Assembly: GCA_040399825.1 (NCBI GenBank) | Contig: JBBARJ010000001.1 | Coordinates: forward strand, 1-48,667 | Length of the DNA stretch: 48,667 nucleotides | DNA from: Gemmatimonas sp. | GTDB lineage: Bacteria > Gemmatimonadota > Gemmatimonadetes > Gemmatimonadales > Gemmatimonadaceae | Direction of reading: 5' to 3' | In this document: piece after piece, positions 25,838 through 37,327 of the stretch | Layout: the number at the start of each line of letters is the position of its first letter | Numbering within the stretch: position 1 is the first letter of the stretch | Position numbers and translations under genes: made by a program | The notes under the pieces: model-generated | Told to the model about the DNA's origin: nothing | Databases searched by the model: none | Seen by the model: only the letters and a program-made list of their open reading frames with translations

Positions 25838-25976
25838 TAAATCGTGTACTACATCGACCCCAGGGGACAAACGACAGAGGGGGGACCATTGCTGGTCCCC
25901 CCTCATGTAGTACGAATGTAGTACGCTCTCTGAAATCCTGATATTTTGTAAGTCGTTTTTTAACAACAACTTCCAG
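25832..25976. mobile_element. att-site-like scar at the tRNA-Phe 3' end (arm-type repeats, IHF-like palindrome)
   Basis: ATGTAGTACG x2 (25905-14, 25916-25), inverted GTACTACAT (25846-54), GTGTAGTAA (25832-40), AAGTCGTT..AACAACTT (25950-72). AT-rich patch. Confidence 0.5.
25877..25904 (-). terminator. Hairpin terminator downstream of tRNA-Phe
   Basis: GAGGGGGGACCA-TTGC-TGGTCCCCCCTC, a perfect 12-bp stem with a GCAA loop on the minus strand. Confidence 0.75.
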
Positions 25977-26049
<73 letters not shown>

Positions 26050-26068
26050 GATCCACCAACAGACCCGC

Positions 26069-26098
26069 AGGCTAACCACATCAGGGGGCATTCCGCAA
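26069..26098 (-). promoter_or_regulatory. Sigma70-like promoter of tRNA-Phe
   Basis: TTGCGG-N18-TAGCCT, ending 19 nt before the tRNA 5' end. Confidence 0.5.
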
Positions 26099-26130
26099 GC
26101 GCTCACCACACCGCCGCCCGCTTTACCGCC

Positions 26131-26153
26131 CCCTACTCCCTACTCCCTACTCC
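26131..26153. repeat. Heptamer tandem repeat (CCCTACT)x3
   Basis: CCCTACT CCCTACT CCCTACT CC immediately after the queF stop. Confidence 0.8.
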
Positions 26154-26155
26154 AT

Positions 26156-26551
26156 TCACGTCGGCTTCGTCGCCGTCGCCGTGATAATGCTCTTCAATCC
26201 GCCGCGCACGTTGAAATCTCCCACCACCGTCATCGTGTGCGGGTGACACGCCGCCACCAGATCGTCGAGAATCCGGTTCACCGCCCGCTCGTAAAAAATG
26301 CCGTCGTTGCGAAAGCTCCACAGATACATCTTCAGGCTCTTCAGCTCGAGACACACCTCGGCCGGCTGATACGTAATGCGGATCGTCGCGAAGTCGGGCG
26401 CGCCGCCTTCCAGTAGCTTCAGCTCGGCCGCATCGGTCTCGATGCCACCAAGGGGACAGAGCGACGTGAACTCCGTCGTCTCCATGTAAATCTCGTACTT
26501 GCGATCCCCGTAGGGATTCGGAAACGTCTCGAGCAGTTCAGGCTTGGGCAT
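26156..26551 (-). CDS. queF: PreQ1 synthase (7-cyano-7-deazaguanine reductase), type I
   Basis: LLETFPNP, EFTSLCP...PDFATI, ELKSLKMYLWSFRNDGIFYE and FNVRGG motifs. Confidence 0.93.
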   Translation of the reverse strand: MPKPELLETFPNPYGDRKYEIYMETTEFTSLCPLGGIETDAAELKLLEGGAPDFATIRITYQPAEVCLELKSLKMYLWSFRNDGIFYERAVNRILDDLVAACHPHTMTVVGDFNVRGGLKSIITATATKPT

Positions 26552-26581
26552 CCCCGAATGTAATGCGGGAACGCACACCGG

Positions 26582-27514
26582 TCAGGTGACGTCGCGCAGG
26601 CGCTTCGACCAGTCATCGAGCAACAGCCGCTCCGCCGGTGTCAGACTCGACATCCCGTCGGCCGCAATCTTGTCCAGCACCGCATCCAGCGCGGCGCTCG
26701 GCTGCGCCGCCACGGCCGTCTGGCTGGAACGTGGCGCCGGACGTGGCGCGGGACGCGGTTCCGGACGCACGCGCGATACCGCTGCCTTGCTCTGCGCCAG
26801 AATGTCGTCCACCTCCCGCTCCCGCGGGCGCGACGACTTGGGCACCGCCCGCGGCGTCTCGTCGCCGTAGTCCGGCGCCGACGCAATGCGATTGCGGAAG
26901 CGCCCCAAGCTGCCCGCCCCCGGCGCGCGGAGGTACACCCACCCCGCCAGCATGCCACCGATGTGCGCCGCGTACGCCGTGCCGCCCAGGCTCCCCGAGT
27001 CGACCACCGCCATCGTGATGTTGATCAGCGCCATGAACACCACCAGCCACTTCACCTTCATCGGCACCACACCGAAGAACAGCACTTCGTCGTCGGGCCA
27101 CCGCGACGCATACGCCACCGCAATGCCCAAAATCGCCGCCGACGCACCCACCAGCGTGCCGCCGTTGCGCTGGAACATGTAGTGAAACGCCCAGCCGCCG
27201 AGGCCGCACCACAGGTAGTACCACACGAACGTGCTGCTCCCCCACGCCCGCTCCACCCGCGGCCCGAACAACCACAGCGTCCACATGTTCAGCAGCAGAT
27301 GCATCAGGCCGCCATGCACAAACATGTACGTGCCGATCGTCCACAACGCATGCGACGCGAGATCGCCGGCCGAATACCCAAGCCAGTTCGCCATGTTCGC
27401 ATCGCCCACCAACGTCGCCTGCACGAAATACACGCCCACACACAACCCGATCAACCAGTATACGGCCGACGGGTTACGGGGCTGATCGAAATCGTCGTAC
27501 GTGACGTAGGTCAT
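26582..27514 (-). CDS. Rhomboid intramembrane serine protease with C-terminal extension
   Basis: TYMFVHGGLMHLLLNM, GASAA, AHIGG; C-terminal DAVLDKIAADGMSSLTPAER. Confidence 0.92.
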   Translation of the reverse strand: MTYVTYDDFDQPRNPSAVYWLIGLCVGVYFVQATLVGDANMANWLGYSAGDLASHALWTIGTYMFVHGGLMHLLLNMWTLWLFGPRVERAWGSSTFVWYYLWCGLGGWAFHYMFQRNGGTLVGASAAILGIAVAYASRWPDDEVLFFGVVPMKVKWLVVFMALINITMAVVDSGSLGGTAYAAHIGGMLAGWVYLRAPGAGSLGRFRNRIASAPDYGDETPRAVPKSSRPREREVDDILAQSKAAVSRVRPEPRPAPRPAPRSSQTAVAAQPSAALDAVLDKIAADGMSSLTPAERLLLDDWSKRLRDVT

Positions 27515-27559
27515 GACTGGACGCGGAAAGACGCGGGAAGAGCGACGGGAACGACAACG

Positions 27560-28588
27560 TCAGCGCTGACGCCGATCCCGGTTCATGAGCGCCAACTGCA
27601 CGATGCGCTCGCAGAGATCGGGAAACAAGACACCGGCCGCCGCCGCTGCCTGAGGGATGAGACTGGTCGGCGTCATCCCGGGCAACGTGTTGGCCTCGAG
27701 ACACCACGGCTGGCCGTGGGGGTCCAGCCGGAAGTCGATCCGCGCATACCCACCCAGCTTGAGCGCTACGAACGCCTTCTTCGCCTGATCCGCCAGCTTC
27801 GCCTCGATTTCGGGTGACAGTTCGGCGACGAACTCCTTGGCCATCCCCGGCGTGTACTTGCACTCGTAGTCGTACAGCTCCTTCACCGGCACGATCTCGA
27901 TCGTCGGCAGCACCACGTCGCCCAGAATGCCCACCGTGAGCTCCTGCCCCTGCACGAACCGCTCAATCATGACCTCGTCGTCGTACTTGAACGCCTCGGT
28001 CACGGCGGCGGCCAGTTCGCCCGGCTCGCGCACGATCGACAGCCCCACCGTGCTCCCCTGCTTCGACGGCTTCACGACCACCGGCCAGTCCAGATGACGC
28101 CCGACCTCCTCGGCGTCCATCGGCTCGTGCGCCGGCGCCATCATCCAGTTGGCGGTCGCCACGCCGGCGGCGCGCAACACGACCTTCGTGAGATGCTTGT
28201 CCATGGCCAGCGCGCTCGCCAGGTGCCCGCTGCCGGTGTACGGCACCCCCACGAGATCGAGCAGCGCCTGCACCGTGCCGTCTTCCCCCTGACCACCGTG
28301 GAGCGCCAGAAACACGCAGTCGGCGTCGGTGATCTCGGGGCGGGTGCCAAGCGCCGGCGACAGCGACGGCGAGGACAGGCCGGCCAGCGCGTCGAGCGAC
28401 GGAGGAGCACTCCCCACGCCAGCGGCTAGCAGGGCGCGCTCCGTCTCGCGGGTCAACACGCCCTCGGCGGGATCGAGACAGATCACATCATGGCCCTTCT
28501 CGCGGAGCGCGACGGCAATCCGCAGCCCCGACGACAACGACACCTCTCGTTCGGCGGAGACGCCGCCCAGCAACACGGTGATTCGCAT
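27560..28588 (-). CDS. ddl: D-alanine--D-alanine ligase
   Basis: GGVSAEREVSLSSG, ALHGGQGEDG, SALAMDK, YDYECKY, ARIDF, EANTLPGMT motifs. Confidence 0.96.
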   Translation of the reverse strand: MRITVLLGGVSAEREVSLSSGLRIAVALREKGHDVICLDPAEGVLTRETERALLAAGVGSAPPSLDALAGLSSPSLSPALGTRPEITDADCVFLALHGGQGEDGTVQALLDLVGVPYTGSGHLASALAMDKHLTKVVLRAAGVATANWMMAPAHEPMDAEEVGRHLDWPVVVKPSKQGSTVGLSIVREPGELAAAVTEAFKYDDEVMIERFVQGQELTVGILGDVVLPTIEIVPVKELYDYECKYTPGMAKEFVAELSPEIEAKLADQAKKAFVALKLGGYARIDFRLDPHGQPWCLEANTLPGMTPTSLIPQAAAAAGVLFPDLCERIVQLALMNRDRRQR

Positions 28589-28650
28589 GCTCAAAGCTAC
28601 ATCCGAATCCGTCCGCGTCGTCAGTCTCCGCGAGGACCCGCCGGGCTCCG

Positions 28651-28971
28651 TCAGGCCGCGTCGTCGGTGCTCAGCGCGAACGCAATCACGCGCGCCAACA
28701 TCGCGTGGTCGGGAATGCGATCCCACTCCCGCACCACGATCACGTGGTCGAACGGATCGAGCGTCACGTGCCGTCCGGTCTGTGGCGCCGTCACGTCGAT
28801 GGCAATCCACGCCTGCCACAGCGTCAGCCCCTGCGCATTGATGACCACACCATGGGCATCCTCCCACGTCGAGGGACGTGGGTCCGCCAACAGGGCGGCG
28901 AGCCGGCCGCGACTAAAGTCGCGTAACGGTGCACCGCGTTCATCCGTGAACTGGTCGAGGACGTTGATCAT
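28651..28971 (-). CDS. Small hypothetical protein
   Basis: 106-aa frame with Trp-rich motifs (PSTWEDAH, TLWQAW, WDRIP), co-oriented with its neighbours. Confidence 0.65.
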   Translation of the reverse strand: MINVLDQFTDERGAPLRDFSRGRLAALLADPRPSTWEDAHGVVINAQGLTLWQAWIAIDVTAPQTGRHVTLDPFDHVIVVREWDRIPDHAMLARVIAFALSTDDAA

Positions 28972-29128
28972 GAAGTAAATGACAGGACCGACACGGGCCG
29001 GAGAGCTCCGCAGCGAGCTTTGGCGCGCCGTATCGTGTACGGGAGACGTTGGAACAGGAGTCGAGGTAACGGAGCGCTGGTCATGGCATAGACTCGTGGC
29101 GAGGAGAATGTGACATCCATAAACTGTT

Positions 29129-29163
29129 GCGGCAGGCGACCCGTGATTCGAGCCGCCTGCCGC
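29129..29163 (-). terminator. Hairpin downstream of the Ig-repeat lipoprotein gene
   Basis: GCGGCAGGCG...CGCCTGCCGC, a 10-bp stem about 30 bp after the stop. Confidence 0.6.
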
Positions 29164-29194
29164 TACGTGCTGCTACGATGAGGTGCCGATCGGA

Positions 29195-31663
29195 CTACGG
29201 CGCCGCGTAGAACGCGAGACGGTTGTAGCGCCGCACCTGTCCGCCCGCCGGCGTCGGCGTGTTGCTGGCGCCACCTCCGCGGATGCCTTCGAACTGCATG
29301 CCGTCGAACACACTCTGCGTCGAGGCCCCTGAGTACATCATGTCGCTGCGGTTGGCCGCGACTTGACCGTTGACCCACACCTTCAAGACGCCATTGGAGG
29401 ATCCCGGGGCGTTCATCTCCATGTACACCTCGACCTGCGCCCACTGGCCCTTGGGGACCATCGCCGCCCCGTTCTGCGTTTCAAACACCGCGCCGGGACG
29501 AGGAATCATTTCGAAGCCAAAGTTGGTGCCGTTCGGCCCCTGTGCGATCGGATAAAAGTTGATCGGCGAAAATCCGGTGACTGCACCGTTCGTGGTGATC
29601 AGGGGATAGAAGAACTTCTCTCCGTTGGAGTGCACCGAGTAGTTACTGGGTACCCACATGGCCAGCGAGAAGTACATCTTGCGCCATTTCTTTCCGCCCT
29701 GGCCGTAGATCTTGGCCCCGCCGACGCCGTTGCCCAGATCATTGCCGGCGTAGAACGTCTCGAACACCGATGACCCATAGGGCGCCGACGCATCCGTTGC
29801 GTTACGACCGTCCCACGCGTAGGCCAATCCGTCGGCGTTCATCTGCTGGTTCTGCATGTTGCCGAACCGGGTGTCCGTGATCAGCTGCATGCCACTGTTC
29901 GCGGGCAGATTCGCCGTGAAGGCGCCGAACGTCGGCGGCGGCGTGGTGGTCGTCGTAGTGGCACCCCCGCCAGCCGGGAGTGTCACCGTTACGGTTGCCG
30001 TATCGCGGACAGTGCCACCAGTGTGCGTCACGAACACCCGATACGTGCCCGCCGTGCTCGGCGCCGTGTACAGCCCCGTGGACGCATTGATGATGCCTCC
30101 CGTGGCCGTGTACGTGAGGGGCGGAAGCGTAGTGGCGCCCGTGTTCCAGCGGGCCGTCGTGGTAAACTGCTGGGAGGCGCCAGCGACGAGCGACACGGAA
30201 CCCGGCGCAATGGCCAGAGAGGTGAGCTGTGCCACGGGTGCGGTGACGGTTACTCGTGCCGTGTCGTTCTGTACGCCATCAACCTGCCTGACGATCACGA
30301 AGTACGTGCCAGCGGTGGACGGCGCCATGTAGAGGCCGGTCGTCGGATTGATGGTGCCACCGGTCGCTGAATACGTCACGGGCGGGACCGTGGACGTTCG
30401 GTCGGTCCACATGGCCGTGGTTCGGAACTGGAGGGACGCGCCAGTTGCCAGCGAGGCCGACTGCGGTTCCAAACCGATCCACTCGAGGCGAGCCGCCGAC
30501 GTCACCGCCACCACCGTCGTATCAGCCCTTCCACAGGCGCATGACGCGATCACCGCAAAGGTGCCAGCTACCTGTCCTGCCGTATACATGCCACCCACGG
30601 TAATCGTGCCTCCCGTCGCCGTATATGTCACGGACGACGCCCGGGACTGTCCGTCCGACCAGGTCGTTGCCGTGGAAAACTGCTGTGTGGCCCCGGCCGT
30701 TACCGATGCCGTGCCCGGCGACAGGACGAATGACGTCGCGGTGAGCGTCGGGGCGAGCGTCGGGGCAGCGACGACCACCAACGCAGTGTCGAGCAGGCTG
30801 CTCCCAGTCGCCGACACGACAACGCGATACGTTCCGGCGGCCGACGGGGCAGAATATACACCGCTCGCGCTGATCGTGCCGCCCTCCGGCGCGCTCCACG
30901 AGAGCGCGGGAAGCGTGGAAGATCCATCCGTCCACCGCGCACTGGCCGCGAACTGGATCGAGGCGCCGCTGGTCGCCTGGGCGGACGTCGGGGAAATCTC
31001 GATGGCGCTCACCGTGGGCGCCGCTGGGCTGCTCGCTACCGTGACGGGAATTGCACGCGAAAGACCGTAGGCGCTCACCGTCAACTGCGTAGCGCCGCTG
31101 TTCATACCAACAAGGAGGCGGTCCGGCGACACCGTGGCCACCACCGTGTTTCCCGTCTGCAGAATCGCCGATGCCATCGACAGCTCGTCACCGATGCTCG
31201 TCGTCATCGTGGTGACGACCGGTAGCACCTGTCCGATTTGCAAGGACGCCGCGGACGGGTTCACACCAAGCATTGCCGTCGCCGCATCGAGGGCGTAGAC
31301 AGTCCAGGTCTGCGTTCCGCCACCGCTGCGCGCCGTAATGAGAGCGGCCCCCTGAGTGCGCGCTTCAATCCGACCGCTGCTGCTGACGCTGACGATGCCG
31401 GGCTGTGACGACGTCCATGTGACCGTGCGCCAGCGGGTGATCGCGGACTTTGGCGTCAGCGTGGTGCGGTTGTACAAATGAAGGACGCGGTCGTATGAGA
31501 CCGCGGTAGACGCCCCCGAAACGGATGCCGCCATCGCTGGCACGGCCGAGATCTCGGAGACGGTGCCGTCCTGCTCAGGTGCCAAAAGGGAATCACTCGC
31601 GCAGGCGGCCAACACGCCCGACAATGCCACGAGTACACCGACGCGGAGATAGCGAGAGTACAT
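29195..31663 (-). CDS. Ig-like (Big_2-type) repeat lipoprotein with C-terminal polysaccharide-lyase/LamG-like domain
   Basis: True start MYSRYLRVGVLVALSGVLAAC (lipobox). Four related repeats with Y.APS.AGTY-like motifs; C-terminal GQWAQVEVYMEMN...NGVLKVWVNG. Confidence 0.8.
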   Translation of the reverse strand: MYSRYLRVGVLVALSGVLAACASDSLLAPEQDGTVSEISAVPAMAASVSGASTAVSYDRVLHLYNRTTLTPKSAITRWRTVTWTSSQPGIVSVSSSGRIEARTQGAALITARSGGGTQTWTVYALDAATAMLGVNPSAASLQIGQVLPVVTTMTTSIGDELSMASAILQTGNTVVATVSPDRLLVGMNSGATQLTVSAYGLSRAIPVTVASSPAAPTVSAIEISPTSAQATSGASIQFAASARWTDGSSTLPALSWSAPEGGTISASGVYSAPSAAGTYRVVVSATGSSLLDTALVVVAAPTLAPTLTATSFVLSPGTASVTAGATQQFSTATTWSDGQSRASSVTYTATGGTITVGGMYTAGQVAGTFAVIASCACGRADTTVVAVTSAARLEWIGLEPQSASLATGASLQFRTTAMWTDRTSTVPPVTYSATGGTINPTTGLYMAPSTAGTYFVIVRQVDGVQNDTARVTVTAPVAQLTSLAIAPGSVSLVAGASQQFTTTARWNTGATTLPPLTYTATGGIINASTGLYTAPSTAGTYRVFVTHTGGTVRDTATVTVTLPAGGGATTTTTTPPPTFGAFTANLPANSGMQLITDTRFGNMQNQQMNADGLAYAWDGRNATDASAPYGSSVFETFYAGNDLGNGVGGAKIYGQGGKKWRKMYFSLAMWVPSNYSVHSNGEKFFYPLITTNGAVTGFSPINFYPIAQGPNGTNFGFEMIPRPGAVFETQNGAAMVPKGQWAQVEVYMEMNAPGSSNGVLKVWVNGQVAANRSDMMYSGASTQSVFDGMQFEGIRGGGASNTPTPAGGQVRRYNRLAFYAAP

Positions 31664-31687
31664 TTGGGAGGTCCACCTGTATCGAAT

Positions 31688-31787
31688 GGTGATTCGGTAA
31701 CTCAGCCGGCGTGGCGGGGATATCCCCCGCGGTAGCCCTGTAGCTTTGCGTCCCCGGATTTCCCCGGGTTTGCCGTTGTCGTCTACC
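31688..31787 (-). ncRNA. c-di-GMP-I (GEMM) riboswitch aptamer
   Basis: Minus strand GGTAGACGACAAC-GGCAAACCCGGG-GAAA-TCCGGGGACGCAAAGCTACAGGGCTACC...GCCGGCTGAGTTACCGAATCACC matches the GGCAAACC..GAAA..GGGACGCAAAGC..TTACCG consensus. Confidence 0.92.
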
Positions 31788-32281
31788 TGACTGACGCGTG
31801 CGCTCTTTTTGGAGGCGCACGTTCCAGTCATCCGTAGAACGATTCCGGTGGAAAAGCGCAACGTACCAAATGGTAGGGTGTGCTACTTGGTGCCACGGGC
31901 GTAACGTAGACGCGGCCAGCGTCCTCGAGAGTGGCGTCCGTCACGCTCGCCACAATCATTCGCGAATGCTGTGAGGCACATCACTGGAATCCGCGGAATC
32001 TTTTCACCGCGGGTTTCCTCGGTCGCATTTCACGGAATTTTGGTGATGACCGTCACACTGGCGGCAATTCCGTTCCCAAGACGCGCCGGTTCCGCCGATG
32101 CCCGTCGCCTTCATCATTGAACATTGCGAGACACCCCGACCTCGAAGCCGGCGTGTCCACCGTTTTCATGCCAAGAGAATCCGTCGGGCCCTCATTCTGA
32201 CGGTTCGCATCGGGCGAGTCACCCACACGTTCGATACCGATGTGTGGGTTGGCGCGCGCAGCGCGCGCATAACGTCCCCTT

Positions 32282-35914
<3,633 letters not shown>

Positions 35915-36013
35915 CAGGGAAAGATATGCGCTGCAGCAGCGACGTCAGATAGCCTTGCACTCGTCCGCGGTCTGCTCGTCGTTTCATTCGAACGTTTTCG
36001 CTCGGAGCATTCG

Positions 36014-36766
36014 ATGCTGGAAAGCCACGTCGTGGCCTGGGACTGGAGCAACATTCGAGAGCAGGATCGACCGCGTCTGGACCACCACGTTGCCGTGTGG
36101 ATGTTTCGGCTCGATTCGGTACTGGGTCGAACAGCGCTCGAGACACTCAGCGCATCCGAGGACGCCCGCGCCCAGCGCTTTGCCCGTGCCACCGATCTTC
36201 AGTATTGGGTCGCTTCCCGGGTACATCTCCGCCAAATTCTGGGGTGGCTGACCGGACAGCCTCCGGCAGCGGTGAGCATTGAGTACGACGCGCGAGGGAA
36301 GCCGCACCTGAAGCCGCACGCGTCCGCGCGTTCGATTGAATTCAGCGTGTCGCACAGCGGCGTCTTCGGGATGGTGGCAGTCGATAGCGCACAGTCGGTG
36401 GGCGTCGATATCGAGATGGTGGCCACCCGATGGTCTGTGGTGGAGGAGCTGTTGGACTCCACCATGGCACCCGGCGAGCGAGCCTGGGTGTTGGCCAGCC
36501 CGGATCCAACGACCGCCTTCGCACGGTTATGGACCCGTAAAGAAGCGGTGGTGAAGGCGACGGGGACGGGTCTCCTCGATGACATGCGCGACGTCGTCGT
36601 GCTGGGGCCCTCGGATCAACCAGCCGCGTCCGGTATTCCCGTACCGACGAACGGGCTGCTGGTTATCGACACGGTTTCCCCGATTGGGTACCGCGCGGCG
36701 CTGGCCGTCGCCCAGTCCACCCAGCGTGTCACCGTCTTTGTCGAGTCGAACGTCGAGACCGAGTAA
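36014..36766 (+). CDS. Sfp-type 4'-phosphopantetheinyl transferase
   Basis: GKP, FSVSHSG, VGVDIE and WTRKEAVVKATG motifs. Confidence 0.9.
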   Translation: MLESHVVAWDWSNIREQDRPRLDHHVAVWMFRLDSVLGRTALETLSASEDARAQRFARATDLQYWVASRVHLRQILGWLTGQPPAAVSIEYDARGKPHLKPHASARSIEFSVSHSGVFGMVAVDSAQSVGVDIEMVATRWSVVEELLDSTMAPGERAWVLASPDPTTAFARLWTRKEAVVKATGTGLLDDMRDVVVLGPSDQPAASGIPVPTNGLLVIDTVSPIGYRAALAVAQSTQRVTVFVESNVETE

Positions 36767-36878
36767 CGGGAGACCACGGGGGCGAAGGACTGCCGCTGCC
36801 TGGGAGTGTGACTCCCGGGGCTCACGAGTGGTGTATTATCGGAGACCGCCCCCTCACACCCCTCACCGGATCACCGTG

Positions 36879-37292
36879 ATGCGAACCGTGGCATTGTACA
36901 CGATCGGACTACTCGCCCTGGCGGCCTGCTCGCACGAGTCCACGCGCGCGGACAGCAACGACAGTGCGCCGACACCGAATCAGGGCATCGTCGCGGGCAC
37001 GTTAGTCGTGACGGCTGCTCGCCCCACGCTCACCCTGCGCAACACCACAGAGTTCGTGGTGGGCTACATGGTCGTCGACAAGGATCAGATGACCATTGCG
37101 CTCTATCCGCCATGCGGAGCGCAGTGCGCGAAGCTGGTGCAGGGCGCCAACGTGAGCGTGCCGTACGCAAGCATCGCGGGCTACACCAGCGCTTCGACCG
37201 AGGCCAACGTGCTGTGGTTTACGTACGCGCGCGCCGCCGACGGGACGCTCACCCCACAAGGCCCCATCCAGACGACGCGCGTCAAACTCTAA
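36879..37292 (+). CDS. Hypothetical lipoprotein
   Basis: MRTVALYTIGLLALAAC lipobox; beta-rich small domain. Confidence 0.75.
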   Translation: MRTVALYTIGLLALAACSHESTRADSNDSAPTPNQGIVAGTLVVTAARPTLTLRNTTEFVVGYMVVDKDQMTIALYPPCGAQCAKLVQGANVSVPYASIAGYTSASTEANVLWFTYARAADGTLTPQGPIQTTRVKL

Positions 37293-37327
37293 CCGCGCAA
37301 CGAGCGCCAGCTTCGGCTAGCGGTGCA

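Noticed and set aside
28972-28993. TGTCGG-N10-TACTTC resembling a PafBC (RecA-NDp) promoter
   Set aside because: The last -10 base is C and the ATG follows immediately, leaving no room for a TSS. Probably chance.
31664-31861. N-terminal extension of the Ig-repeat ORF in the ORF track
   Set aside because: It translates through the riboswitch. The lipoprotein signal peptide begins at the ATG at 31663.
31881-31896. TGGCAC sigma54-like site upstream of the riboswitch
   Set aside because: GG-to-GC spacing is 9 rather than the required 10.
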